DNA from: a virus
Taxonomy: Duplodnaviria > Caudoviricetes
DNA length: 34,124 nt
Reading direction: 5' to 3' (one strand)
IMG/VR virus record: IMGVR_UViG_3300030376_000574
Span: 1-34,124 of that record
Part shown: piece after piece, positions 8,560 to 18,764 of the stretch
Layout of the letters: every line of letters starts with the position of its first letter
How positions within the stretch are numbered: the first letter of the stretch is position 1
Program-made: the position numbers and the translations under genes
Notes under the pieces: model-generated
The model's input: the letters and a program-made list of their open reading frames with translations, nothing else
The model's database searches: none
What the model was told of the DNA's origin: nothing

Positions 8560-11366
8560 TGAATGTAGTTAACATAGAATTATTAGATTACAAGTATGAC
8601 GGTAATAACATAGATTGGGATTCTAGTGTTGTTGGTTCTTTAGATGTGTCTTTAAATTCTGAATTTCCTTTAGCGTTAACTTTTTCTATTGCAGACATAA
8701 AAGATATAGAAGCTCGTAAAGGTACTTTTAGTAAAACCTTTAAAATACCTGCTACTAAAAATAATAATTTACTTTACAAAAGTATATATTTATCTGAAAC
8801 ATATTCATCAAATAATTTAACAAACAAAAAGCCTTGTAGAATAATTTTTAATAATTTATTTTCAATAGAAGGTTTTTTACAATTAACTTCTGTAGGTCTT
8901 ACAGACAAACCTAATTACTATTCTTGTGTTTTTTATGGAGACAATATTGGTTGGACTTCTGTTATAGGAGACTCTCTTTTAAAAGATTTAGGATATGACG
9001 GTTCTGATGAGGCTACTAAAGGAGCTGCTTGGGCGTCTTTAAATGGCAAAGATAATAGCGGTATAAATTTACAAATTAATAAAGCAGGTATAAAATCTAC
9101 TTGGGATAATGATGATGCTGAATATAAAAATAGGTCTACATCTACAGCGTCTACAACTCCTATTGTATATCCTATTACTACCTATGGTGATTTTAATTCT
9201 TCAGGAGATGATTTTACAATACAATTATTAGACACTTGGCACTCATATTTTACTGATTACACTTTTTTATCACCTCCTTCAACTTATACTTGTTATACAG
9301 GTATTGTAGGTGGTAATTCTATTGGTAATCCTGAGCCTGTTTGTGATTGGAGACCTTGTATATGGGTGTATGATGTATTTAAAGAAATATTTACACAAGC
9401 AGGATATACAATAAGTTCTGTATTTATAGAAAGCGAAACATTTAAAAGGTTATTATTTGCTTTACCAAACTTTAGATATAATAATGGAGATGACAGATAT
9501 AATGCTTTTTCTCTACAGCTATATTGGAATTTAGACCCTACTGTAAATGCTTCTAGCCAATTAGTTTACAAGAATCAATATACACAAACCGTCAGCAATA
9601 ATAATGCAGATATTATTAATGAAGATATAGTTTTAGGTACGCCTTCAGGATTTAATTTATTTTTAAATGGAACAGGTATTCCATCAGACCCTGCAAATGG
9701 TTGGAATTCTACTAATAACAAAGAGTTTACTGTTTCAGAATATGGTAAATACATTATAAGTATAAATAATTTTTGTGTTCATTTAGCTGCTTTTTCAACT
9801 ACAGGAACAAGCATAGGTAACCTTCAATATATAACAAAATTTGCTAGGGTAGACATTATGGTTAAAACTGTAGGAGACAACCAATTTCATTCTGTAGGTG
9901 GTTCTGAAGGTATGGTGGATTTTGCTTTTAATGTTGGAAGCACAAATGGTGGTTCTAGTTTAAATTTAACAAAAGAGTTAGAAGATTCAGAGACTACTTT
10001 ATATCTTAACAAAGGAGATGTTGTTAAATTTAGATTAAGAGTAAAAGGTAAAACTACTGTAGTTGTAAACCAAGGAACAACACTAACAGGGGATTGGTAT
10101 TTGTTTGCAGATAAAAACATTAGTTCAGGTAGGTCACACAATGGTAATATAAATATTTCAATAGACCCTGTTCACGCACAATATGGACAGACATATGATT
10201 TAAAAAACGTAATAAATAAAGATTACAAGCAATTAGATTTTATTAAGGGAGTAGCACACGCTTTTAATTTACAATTTCAAACAGATGAAATGACTAAGAT
10301 TGTAACTATAGAACCTTTTAATGATTTTTACAGACCTCTACAAGAGTCTGTAGATTGGACATATAAAATAGACAGGTCAGTAGAATATTCAGATAAGTGG
10401 GTAAAACAATCTTTTAAAAGAGATATGGTTTTTAAATACAAAACTGATAGTGCAGATATAAACGTAGAACAAAGAGGTAAAAATTATTTTAATGGAATAT
10501 TAGACAACTATCCTTATTACGAAACACTTTCAGATGAATTTGAAAGAGGTACAACAACATTTGAAAATCCATTTTTTGCAGGTACTTTAAATGCTAAAGA
10601 TAGAGATTCAGTTACAGCACAAACAGACCCTCCTTATATTGGTGCATTATGGCAAGAAAAAGAATCAGGAGGTACTACAAGTCAAAATGATTGGGAAAGA
10701 CCTGTTAAAGGTTATAATTTTTTACCTAGACTTTTATATTGGAAAAAATATTCTCCTGATGCACAATATGATTCAGGTACACAAAACAGTATTTCACCAA
10801 AAAGAGCTACAATACAAAATTGGTCTGTAAATACAGAAACTATAATAGCTAACAATAATATGCCTGTTCATATAGGATATAACAACCCTCCAGGTGGTGG
10901 GGTTTTGTCTAACGTATACCCACAAGCTACTTCAATAAACAGAGATGATAGCAATACTTTGTTGTTAAGTTATGGTAATGTATGGGTTAGGGATTATAAT
11001 GAGTCTTCATCTAGTATTGGTGTTTACACTTCATATTCAATAGGTATGGGCTTGTACCACAGGTATTATAAACAAATGATTGAGATGATTGTAAACAATC
11101 CTAGAGTAAGAACAGCACAAATAAATTTAAAAATTTCTGATATTGTAAATTTAGATATAAGAAAGTTAATATATATAGATGGTTGTTATTGGAGAATTAA
11201 TAAAGTTATAGATTATATGCCGCAGGCAAACAAAAGTACAAAAGTAGAATTAGTTGAATGGACAGATATAGGAGAATCAGCACCATCAACTCCTAGAATA
11301 AATGAAAATGACGGAGATTGGAATCCTGGCGGTGCGCAAACATACGACCCAAATCGTGGTTGGTAA
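8559..11366 (+). CDS. Tail tip/hub-like structural protein
   Basis: LTFSIADIKDIEARKGTFSKTFKIPATKNNN N-terminus; C-terminal IYIDGCYWRINKVIDY...TKVELV. Confidence 0.7.
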   Translation: MNVVNIELLDYKYDGNNIDWDSSVVGSLDVSLNSEFPLALTFSIADIKDIEARKGTFSKTFKIPATKNNNLLYKSIYLSETYSSNNLTNKKPCRIIFNNLFSIEGFLQLTSVGLTDKPNYYSCVFYGDNIGWTSVIGDSLLKDLGYDGSDEATKGAAWASLNGKDNSGINLQINKAGIKSTWDNDDAEYKNRSTSTASTTPIVYPITTYGDFNSSGDDFTIQLLDTWHSYFTDYTFLSPPSTYTCYTGIVGGNSIGNPEPVCDWRPCIWVYDVFKEIFTQAGYTISSVFIESETFKRLLFALPNFRYNNGDDRYNAFSLQLYWNLDPTVNASSQLVYKNQYTQTVSNNNADIINEDIVLGTPSGFNLFLNGTGIPSDPANGWNSTNNKEFTVSEYGKYIISINNFCVHLAAFSTTGTSIGNLQYITKFARVDIMVKTVGDNQFHSVGGSEGMVDFAFNVGSTNGGSSLNLTKELEDSETTLYLNKGDVVKFRLRVKGKTTVVVNQGTTLTGDWYLFADKNISSGRSHNGNINISIDPVHAQYGQTYDLKNVINKDYKQLDFIKGVAHAFNLQFQTDEMTKIVTIEPFNDFYRPLQESVDWTYKIDRSVEYSDKWVKQSFKRDMVFKYKTDSADINVEQRGKNYFNGILDNYPYYETLSDEFERGTTTFENPFFAGTLNAKDRDSVTAQTDPPYIGALWQEKESGGTTSQNDWERPVKGYNFLPRLLYWKKYSPDAQYDSGTQNSISPKRATIQNWSVNTETIIANNNMPVHIGYNNPPGGGVLSNVYPQATSINRDDSNTLLLSYGNVWVRDYNESSSSIGVYTSYSIGMGLYHRYYKQMIEMIVNNPRVRTAQINLKISDIVNLDIRKLIYIDGCYWRINKVIDYMPQANKSTKVELVEWTDIGESAPSTPRINENDGDWNPGGAQTYDPNRGW

Positions 11367-11378
11367 AAAAAATATAAT

Positions 11379-11561
11379 ATGCCTAATATAGAAAATGAAA
11401 TAAGTGATTCAGGAATTGCAGCTACAAGCGGCTTAGAAGTTTATATGACAATAACCATAGACTCTGTTGATTATTTAATTGATATTGTAGCTAATGACAA
11501 GTTTGGTAATTCTCATAAAGTTTTAAGACGAGCTATTAACGATACAATAGAAGAAGATTAG
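11379..11561 (+). CDS. Hypothetical protein
   Basis: 60-aa ORF with A-rich leader that fills the gap in the operon. Confidence 0.6.
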   Translation: MPNIENEISDSGIAATSGLEVYMTITIDSVDYLIDIVANDKFGNSHKVLRRAINDTIEED

Positions 11562-11562
11562 T

Positions 11563-12087
11563 ATGGCAGAAAAATTACCTATAGTTGAAGAAGCTTTAAG
11601 AAAAGCAGGAGGTCTTTATATAGAATATTTGAAAGACGAATTAGATTATCAAAAGCACGTTGCATCAGGTAATCTAAAAAATGGTTTCTATGTAAGAGTA
11701 CATTATGCAGGTGGTGGCTTAAGAATGGACGTTATGAACAAGTATTCTTATATGGATATTGTAAATAACGGAGCTTCAGGTGTTACTGCTTCTTTTGCAG
11801 AATTAGACGCTTGGACAAGTCAAAAAGAAGCTAGAGGTGAGTTAAGTTTTTCTAGTCGTAGTAGAAGAAATTATTTTATACAAAAAGTAAAAGCAGAATT
11901 AGAACAAAAATATTTAACTAAAGGTGGAGATAAAGTTGCTCCTAGAAGATACTTTTTTATAGAAACAGCTTATGATACTGCTAATGCACAAGGAGTAGAA
12001 GACAATATAACAAATGGTGTTTCTAATGAAATAGAAGCTATACTAAATAAATATGGAACTTATAAAGCAATACAATTAACAATATAA
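11563..12087 (+). CDS. Putative neck/tail-completion protein
   Basis: ASGNLKNG...Y..IVNNG...G..PRRYFFIE pattern reminiscent of tail-completion proteins. Confidence 0.55.
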   Translation: MAEKLPIVEEALRKAGGLYIEYLKDELDYQKHVASGNLKNGFYVRVHYAGGGLRMDVMNKYSYMDIVNNGASGVTASFAELDAWTSQKEARGELSFSSRSRRNYFIQKVKAELEQKYLTKGGDKVAPRRYFFIETAYDTANAQGVEDNITNGVSNEIEAILNKYGTYKAIQLTI

Positions 12088-12097
12088 CAAGAAGAAA

Positions 12098-14839
12098 ATG
12101 GCAAAAAAAATAGCAATAGAAGTAGAAATAAAAAATATTAAAAGAGTTGCAGATTTAAAAGCTGAATTAAAATCTTTGCGTAAAGAACAAGTTGAATTAG
12201 AAAAATTTTCTAAGACAGGTAGGTTTACGTCAAAAAAACAAGAAGAACAATATTTAAAAAATGCTAGAGCAATAAAAGAAAAGTCTACCCAACTTAGAAA
12301 TTTAAATAAAAATTTAAAAGAATCTACTACTAATACCACTAAGACTACTAAAGCGTCTAATGGTATGGCTAAACAAATAGTAAAAGGAGCTGCTGCTATT
12401 GGTGTTCTTGTTACTGCTTTTAGAACTGTTAATAGAGCTATATCATCTGTACTTACAACATTTACAGAATTTGAATTTGTAATGGCTAAAGTAAATGCTG
12501 TTTCAGGAGCAACAAATGAAGAATTTACTGCATTAACTGCATCTGCTGAAGAATTAGGTAGAACAACTTTCTTTACAGCAGAGCAAGTAGGTCAGTTACA
12601 ATTAAATTTCTCAAAATTAGGTTTTACTGCAGAAGAAATAATGAACGCACAACAAGCTACTCTAAACTTAGCAACAGCAACAGGTAGTGATTTGGCTAGG
12701 AGTGCAACAGTTGCAGGTGCAGCGATACGAGGTTTTGGATTAGATGCAAGCGAAACAGAAAGAGTTGTTGACGTTATGGCTGTGTCTTTTGCAAGTTCTG
12801 CTATGGATATAGAAAAGTTCCAAACATCTATGACTAAAGTTGCTCCTATTGCAAAATCAGCAGGGTTTTCATTAGAAGATACTACAGCAATAATGTCTAA
12901 ATTAACTGATTCAGGTATTGAAGCGTCTATTGCAGGTACATCTTTAAGAAATATTTTACTAAAAATGCAAGACCCATCTTCTGATTTAACTAAAGCATTT
13001 GGTAGAACAATACACGGATTAGATGATTTAGTACCTGCTATGAAAGCTTTTGTAGAACAAGGAGGAAGTATGGCTGATGTAATGGAAGTAGTAGATTTAA
13101 GACAAGCTGCTGCGTTTGAACAAATGTTAACTACTGCAGATGGTACAGTAGAATTAAGAAATGCTTTATTAGATGCTAGTGGCGAAGGTCAAAGAATGGC
13201 AGATATAGTTGGTGATACTTTACAAGGTGCTTTTCTAAAATTTAGGTCTGCATTAGAAGGTTTGTCAATATCAATAATGAAAGACTTTGCAGGAGGATTA
13301 CAGTCTGCTGTAGAACGTGCTGCTGAGTTTTTTAATATGTTAGCAGAAAACAGCAAAACAATAGTTTCTTTAATAACAGGTGTAGCAAAATTAGCTAAAG
13401 TTATTGGTATATATAAAACTGTTCAATTAGCTGCAAACATAGCTACAGGTGCTTTTGCTGTAGCAACAGGAACAGCAGGTATGGCTACCAAAAGATTTAT
13501 AGTAAGACTAAGAACTCTATATACAACTATGTTGGCTAACCCATACGTTGCTGTAGGAGCTTTATTATTAACTTTAGCTACAGATGTTTTAGGGTTGAGA
13601 CAAGAGGTAGAAGAAACAACAGATAGTTGGGACGAAATGAATAAAACTATTTTTGGTGAAGCAAAACAATATAGCAAAAGACAAGAGGTTATTGAGGCTT
13701 TAAAAAGTGAATTAGCTACAGTACAAGATTTACAAAGAGCTAAAATAGAAAGCAATAGATTAGAACAAGAAATAGCTGCTGCAGAAAAATCAAGAGAAGC
13801 TACAAGATTACAAGCTCAACAAAATGCAAATAAAATGTATGGCGAAAATGAAGATTTATTAAAAGAGCGTTATGTGTTTTTAGCTATGCAAGATTTTGAA
13901 AGAGGCATAACTTTGAAAAAAAGACAACAGGCTGAAATAAAAGCAGCAATAACAAGCAGTAATATTGTTGATGATGAATTAGAAGGAACACAAGCTTTAA
14001 TAAATAAGAAAAAACAACTTAATGATGTAGAAAGAGAGTTGTTGGCTTTTAAAGTACAACAAATGGTTGCAGGTTTGACGACTGAAAAAGAAAATGCAGA
14101 AATAAGGCGTCAATTAATACAGCAAGAAATTAATGACATTAAAGAGCTTTTAAGAACACAATCAGGTTATGTTATAGATAGAGAAGCTATGTTAAAAAAA
14201 CTTGCTCAATTAGAAGAAAAATTAATTAAAGAAAACGAAAAAGACAAAACAGAGGCTTTTAAGGCTGATGTAAAAAGAGCTATGCTTTCAGGTCAAACTG
14301 CAGAAGAAGCTATGAAATCTGTAGTAAGAGCGCAAATTATGGAGGCTGTTGCAGGATTTATAGCTTCTATATTTGAAAGCGTACCATTTCCTCTTAATTT
14401 AGTTTTAGCTGCAGGAGCTTCTGCTGTGGTTGGAAGGCTTATTGACCAACAAATTGGTAAGTTTGAAAAAGGTGGTGTGGTAGAGGCTTATGCAAATGGT
14501 GGTATGGTACAAGGCAAGTCACACGCACAAGGAGGTGAGAAATTTGCAGTAGGAGGTAGAGTTGTTGAGTTAGAAGGTGGTGAGGCTGTGATAAATAAAC
14601 GTAGTACAGCTATGTTTAAAAATCAATTATCAGCTATGAACGCAGCAGGAGGAGGTGTAAAATTTGCTGATGGTGGTTTAATGAATATGCCATCTTTTGC
14701 ACAATCACAATTTAATGCTGTAGGGCAAGAAAATATGATGGGAGCAATAGGGCAAAACAGTAGAGTAGTAGTGGTTGAGGCTGACATAACAGACAGTCAA
14801 AATACTGTAGGTTTAATAGAGGCGGAAGCCACATTTTAA
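12098..14839 (+). CDS. Tape measure protein
   Basis: TP901-type core (FEFVMAKVNAVSGAT...LGRTTFFTAEQV...AGTSLRN); Ala-rich/coiled-coil; C-terminal GKSHAQGG...EGGEAVINK. Confidence 0.93.
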   Translation: MAKKIAIEVEIKNIKRVADLKAELKSLRKEQVELEKFSKTGRFTSKKQEEQYLKNARAIKEKSTQLRNLNKNLKESTTNTTKTTKASNGMAKQIVKGAAAIGVLVTAFRTVNRAISSVLTTFTEFEFVMAKVNAVSGATNEEFTALTASAEELGRTTFFTAEQVGQLQLNFSKLGFTAEEIMNAQQATLNLATATGSDLARSATVAGAAIRGFGLDASETERVVDVMAVSFASSAMDIEKFQTSMTKVAPIAKSAGFSLEDTTAIMSKLTDSGIEASIAGTSLRNILLKMQDPSSDLTKAFGRTIHGLDDLVPAMKAFVEQGGSMADVMEVVDLRQAAAFEQMLTTADGTVELRNALLDASGEGQRMADIVGDTLQGAFLKFRSALEGLSISIMKDFAGGLQSAVERAAEFFNMLAENSKTIVSLITGVAKLAKVIGIYKTVQLAANIATGAFAVATGTAGMATKRFIVRLRTLYTTMLANPYVAVGALLLTLATDVLGLRQEVEETTDSWDEMNKTIFGEAKQYSKRQEVIEALKSELATVQDLQRAKIESNRLEQEIAAAEKSREATRLQAQQNANKMYGENEDLLKERYVFLAMQDFERGITLKKRQQAEIKAAITSSNIVDDELEGTQALINKKKQLNDVERELLAFKVQQMVAGLTTEKENAEIRRQLIQQEINDIKELLRTQSGYVIDREAMLKKLAQLEEKLIKENEKDKTEAFKADVKRAMLSGQTAEEAMKSVVRAQIMEAVAGFIASIFESVPFPLNLVLAAGASAVVGRLIDQQIGKFEKGGVVEAYANGGMVQGKSHAQGGEKFAVGGRVVELEGGEAVINKRSTAMFKNQLSAMNAAGGGVKFADGGLMNMPSFAQSQFNAVGQENMMGAIGQNSRVVVVEADITDSQNTVGLIEAEATF

Positions 14840-14850
14840 AATATAAACAT

Positions 14851-15051
14851 ATGTTTGTTAGTAAAAAAGTAAAGCAAGATAGATTAGATACGTGCAAAAA
14901 GTGCGATTTTTATAGAAACTTCTTAATGTTAAGATATCCAAGGTGGGATAAAGGAGCAAGATGTGCTAAGTGTACTTGTTTTTTAGATGCAAAAGCATCT
15001 TTAACAAAAGAGTACCAAGGCAAATGCCCTTTACACAAATGGGAGGAGTAA
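14851..15051 (+). CDS. Small Cys-rich putative metal-binding protein
   Basis: RLDTCKKC...CAKCTC...K...CPLHKW. Confidence 0.7.
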   Translation: MFVSKKVKQDRLDTCKKCDFYRNFLMLRYPRWDKGARCAKCTCFLDAKASLTKEYQGKCPLHKWEE

Positions 15052-15066
15052 ACTAAAAATTATTAT

Positions 15067-15315
15067 ATGAGTGTTGAAGCTATAGCTAGTAAAATTGACG
15101 AAGAAAAAAAACAAGAAATTATAGAAGCTGTAAAAATTAACAGGAATTATATGGATACCGTTGGTAAATATCACCCTGACGGTTTAACTTTTTTGTTTAA
15201 AGAATGGCATAGGCATTTTCCACAGATAAAACAAAGAATGGGTTGTATAGGCTGTAGAAAAGCAGTTACTCTTTTTTGGGAAAATGTAAATAAATATTGG
15301 CAATCTAATAATTAA
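15067..15315 (+). CDS. Hypothetical protein (CxxC)
   Basis: ORF containing CIGC. Confidence 0.6.
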   Translation: MSVEAIASKIDEEKKQEIIEAVKINRNYMDTVGKYHPDGLTFLFKEWHRHFPQIKQRMGCIGCRKAVTLFWENVNKYWQSNN

Positions 15316-15316
15316 T

Positions 15317-15637
15317 ATGGCGTCAAGACAAAATAAAGCTGATATTATTTACAATTATATAGATATTGCTGAAAAAGAAATCAGCAAAAGATGGCACGAC
15401 CCAACTACAAAAGACATATTAAGACACTTAATTGAAAGAGGTATAGTTGAGCCAAAGAGGCTAAGAAATTATATGATTATACACGATTTTGATTGTATGT
15501 TAAAATTTAATGATGGCAATAGAACTTATACTTTTATGGATTTGTCAATAAAATATAACATAAGCGAAAGACAAGCTCAAAGCATAGTATACAAAGAAAG
15601 AAAAAAGCAGTATCCTTCTCAAAATATTACATACTAA
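15317..15637 (+). CDS. Putative HTH DNA-binding protein
   Basis: C-terminal DLSIKYNISERQAQSIV helix-turn-helix. Confidence 0.6.
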   Translation: MASRQNKADIIYNYIDIAEKEISKRWHDPTTKDILRHLIERGIVEPKRLRNYMIIHDFDCMLKFNDGNRTYTFMDLSIKYNISERQAQSIVYKERKKQYPSQNITY

Positions 15638-15692
15638 ATTTTTTTCCTAAAACTGCGCAACTTTTTGAAAACTAAAAAATAGTTTTGCGTTT

Positions 15693-16688
15693 ATGAATAA
15701 AAATTGGTATAACATTAAAGCAGAAGCGTCTAGCAAGTCTGCAGACGTTTACATTTTTGATGAAATAGGTACTTTTGGCTTAACAGCACAAAGTTTCATT
15801 GAAGAAATTAAGTCGTACAAAGATACACCAATGAGCTTACACATTAACTGTGTAGGTGGTGATGTGTTTGAAGGTATGGCAATCTACAATGTTCTTAAAA
15901 AAAGAACAGCAAAAACAACAGTATATATAGAAGGTATAGCTGCAAGTATGGGTAGTGTAATAGCATTAGCAGGTGATGAGGTTATTATGGCTGAAAACTC
16001 ACTATTTATGATACATAATGCTTGGGGTGGTGCTATGGGTGAGGCTACTGAAATTAGAAAGACTGCTGCATTACTAGATAAAATAAGCGGTGAAATTGCT
16101 GATATATATACTAAAAAAACTAATCTACCTTATAATAGGGTAAAAGAAATGATGGACGAGGAAACTTGGTTATCTGCTGATGAGGCTTATAATTTAGGAT
16201 TCATTGACTCTATCTCTGACGCTATAAAAGTAGCGGCTAAATATGACGTTTCTAAGTTTAAAAATATTACAGACAAGGAAATTCAAAATAAACTAAGTGT
16301 TAATTTAAAAAGTAAAAAAATGACCGAAGAATTGAAAAATTGGTTTAACGCTAAAGTTGAAGAAATTATTGCTAAAGTAAAAGCTAGTGATGAGTCTGAG
16401 GCTTCTGACGTTAAAGAGGTAGAGGTGATGATGGCTGATGAAAAAGAAGTTTCTGAAAAACTTTCAGGATTTGAGGCTAAAGTTACTGAGCTGAATAGTT
16501 TTGTTACTGATTTAGAAGGAGAAAAAGAAACTCTGACTCAAGAAGTAGAAAGACTAAATGCTTTATTAAGTAAAGCAGATGCTAAAGGGACTGAGCTATC
16601 AACTGATAGTGACCCTGTAGTTATTGAAAACAAAGTGGAGGACAAAGAAAATAAGTTCTTCTCTGCATTAGCAGATAAATTAAAATAA
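15693..16688 (+). CDS. ClpP-type head maturation protease with C-terminal scaffold
   Basis: HINCVGGDVFEG, GIAASMGS (catalytic Ser), FMIHNAW, ETWLSADEA; acidic coiled-coil tail. Confidence 0.92.
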   Translation: MNKNWYNIKAEASSKSADVYIFDEIGTFGLTAQSFIEEIKSYKDTPMSLHINCVGGDVFEGMAIYNVLKKRTAKTTVYIEGIAASMGSVIALAGDEVIMAENSLFMIHNAWGGAMGEATEIRKTAALLDKISGEIADIYTKKTNLPYNRVKEMMDEETWLSADEAYNLGFIDSISDAIKVAAKYDVSKFKNITDKEIQNKLSVNLKSKKMTEELKNWFNAKVEEIIAKVKASDESEASDVKEVEVMMADEKEVSEKLSGFEAKVTELNSFVTDLEGEKETLTQEVERLNALLSKADAKGTELSTDSDPVVIENKVEDKENKFFSALADKLK

Positions 16689-16714
16689 GTATAAATTAAT
16701 AAATAATATAAAAA

Positions 16715-17812
16715 ATGGCAAATATAGCTTTAGACGGATTAGGCGCAAATTACCAAGGAACTTATGCTTCAAAAATTTTATTAGAACCAATGTTTCGTTC
16801 TGATGATATTATGCGTAACTACACGGTTTACCCTAATGTAAAATATAAACAAAACTTAATGCTAGCACCTAAATTACAAGGTATTACAGCATTAAACACA
16901 GGTTGTTCTTCAACTAATACTTGTGACCCTGCAGGTTTCACTATTGAACCTAAAGTGATTACAGTAAACAATGTATCTGTAAAACAAGTACAATGTTGGG
17001 ACGAGTTCAAAGACCAATTTATCGTTGAGTCTTACAAAGCAGGTATCAATATGCCTGACTTAACAGGAACACAATTAGCAGATGTAATTTTAAACAGAGT
17101 TAGACACGGTATCCAATCAGATGTTGTAAGAAATATGTGGGCAGGAGATACTTCAGTAGCAGCAGGTGGAGCAACTTGTTCTTATGCTTGGGCTGATGGT
17201 CTATGGAAATCATTATCTGCAGCAAACGCAATAAATGGTACTCAAATGGTTGAGGTAACAGCTACAGGAACTAGCAAAGCTAATACTGAAGCAGTTGGTG
17301 GTACTATTGCTTCAGCAGATGCAATAACTTTATTAACTACTATTTTTGATGGTGCGCCTGCTGAATTACAGCAAATTCCAGCATCAGAAAAAAGAATGTT
17401 TGTAACACCTAACTTATACAACGCTTACTACGGTGCTTTAACAGCAGTTGCAGTAGCAGGTGCGGTTGATTTTGGACATTCAGAAGCTCAATCAGGTGTA
17501 AACTACGCTAGATTAAGTTTTAGAGGTGTAGAATTAGTTCCTATGTACGAGTGGGATACAGCTTTAACAGCTTTAAACCCTGCATTATTTAACTGCGCAG
17601 GTGTTACAGGTGGTGCTGCTGATATTAAAAATGGTGTTATTTACGCTGCAAAAGACAATTTAATGATTGGTTCTAACGTAAACGACCCTGAAACACAGCT
17701 TAAAATGTTCTATGATGAAGTTTCTGATAATATGTATATCCGTTCTAACTTTACAATGGGATACCAATTTGGTTGGAATTCTTTAGTAACAGGAGGGGCA
17801 TTAATAGTATAA
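16715..17812 (+). CDS. Major capsid protein
   Basis: 365 aa directly after the protease/scaffold; size and composition fit an HK97-fold capsid; codon choice typical of highly expressed genes. Confidence 0.8.
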   Translation: MANIALDGLGANYQGTYASKILLEPMFRSDDIMRNYTVYPNVKYKQNLMLAPKLQGITALNTGCSSTNTCDPAGFTIEPKVITVNNVSVKQVQCWDEFKDQFIVESYKAGINMPDLTGTQLADVILNRVRHGIQSDVVRNMWAGDTSVAAGGATCSYAWADGLWKSLSAANAINGTQMVEVTATGTSKANTEAVGGTIASADAITLLTTIFDGAPAELQQIPASEKRMFVTPNLYNAYYGALTAVAVAGAVDFGHSEAQSGVNYARLSFRGVELVPMYEWDTALTALNPALFNCAGVTGGAADIKNGVIYAAKDNLMIGSNVNDPETQLKMFYDEVSDNMYIRSNFTMGYQFGWNSLVTGGALIV

Positions 17813-17842
17813 CATAATATTAACTTTAAAAAATAGAATAAA

Positions 17843-18430
17843 ATGGCAATAGATTCAGGATTAATTATACAATGTGCAGACTTAAACGCTGTAGGAGGCG
17901 TAAAGCAAATATTACTAACAGACATTAGTAGTGTTGCTACTGTTACTCCTGCAATTACTGCTCCACCTGCCGACCATACCGTTACAAGTATGACAACAAG
18001 TGCTGATTGGGCAAGATTTGAGTTTAAGGCTGAAACTGCTGCTTTATCTATAAATGCAACAAAAGAGAATGGAACAACAGCTTATGAGTGTTCAATTTCT
18101 TTTCACGTTCCAAATATGGAAGCAGCTCATTCAGTAGCTATAGAAAAACTATCAACAGGTTGTCCTGTAGGAATAGTTGAATTACATAGCGGCAAAGCTT
18201 TCTTAGTAGGTTTTTCTTACCTATATGAAAATGTAGGGGGAGGTACAACTCCTTGGATAAGAAATCAAACTACAGCTAACCTTACAAGTATTGAAGGTGG
18301 TAGTGGTGCGGCTTACCAAGATGAAAATGGCTTGACTGTAACTTTAATGGCTAGACAGTATGAATTACCTTTGGAATATACAGGGGCAATTACACCGTCT
18401 TCTGATGGATTAACAGCAGCTACAGCTTAA
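17843..18430 (+). CDS. Major tail (tube) protein
   Basis: C...VGGVKQI N-terminus, GSGAAYQDENGLTVTL...E C-terminus; followed by a terminator. Confidence 0.7.
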   Translation: MAIDSGLIIQCADLNAVGGVKQILLTDISSVATVTPAITAPPADHTVTSMTTSADWARFEFKAETAALSINATKENGTTAYECSISFHVPNMEAAHSVAIEKLSTGCPVGIVELHSGKAFLVGFSYLYENVGGGTTPWIRNQTTANLTSIEGGSGAAYQDENGLTVTLMARQYELPLEYTGAITPSSDGLTAATA

Positions 18431-18443
18431 TAATTATAGATTT

Positions 18444-18482
18444 AGCAGGGAGTTATCAAAAGCTCCCTGCTTATATCTTTTT
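18444..18482 (+). terminator. Intrinsic terminator
   Basis: AGCAGGGAGT-loop-GCTCCCTGCT stem followed by a T-rich tail. Confidence 0.75.
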
Positions 18483-18485
18483 AAT

Positions 18486-18764
18486 ATGTGTGATTGTAAA
18501 GAAATAAATATATTATCTTTACCTTCATATTTAAAAACTTATACAATTATGGCAAAATATAAAATTAAAGATAAATATAAAGGTCTTAGTTCTAGTGTAA
18601 TGAATTTTGGCTTGGTTGATTGGGATAATGCTTCACAAGAAATTTTAGCATATTTGTACGAAGACAGAAAATTAACATCTATAATTATTAAAAATTCATC
18701 TAATGAGGAAAGCAGTATCAAAAAGACAAACAAAAAAGACAAGTCAGTTAAGAAAGACGACTAA
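18486..18764 (+). CDS. Hypothetical protein
   Basis: ORF; alternative start at ATG18549. Confidence 0.55.
   Translation: MCDCKEINILSLPSYLKTYTIMAKYKIKDKYKGLSSSVMNFGLVDWDNASQEILAYLYEDRKLTSIIIKNSSNEESSIKKTNKKDKSVKKDD

Noticed and set aside
10591-10830. 79-aa + strand ORF nested in the tail protein
   Set aside because: Alternative frame within a conserved gene; no leader or motif.
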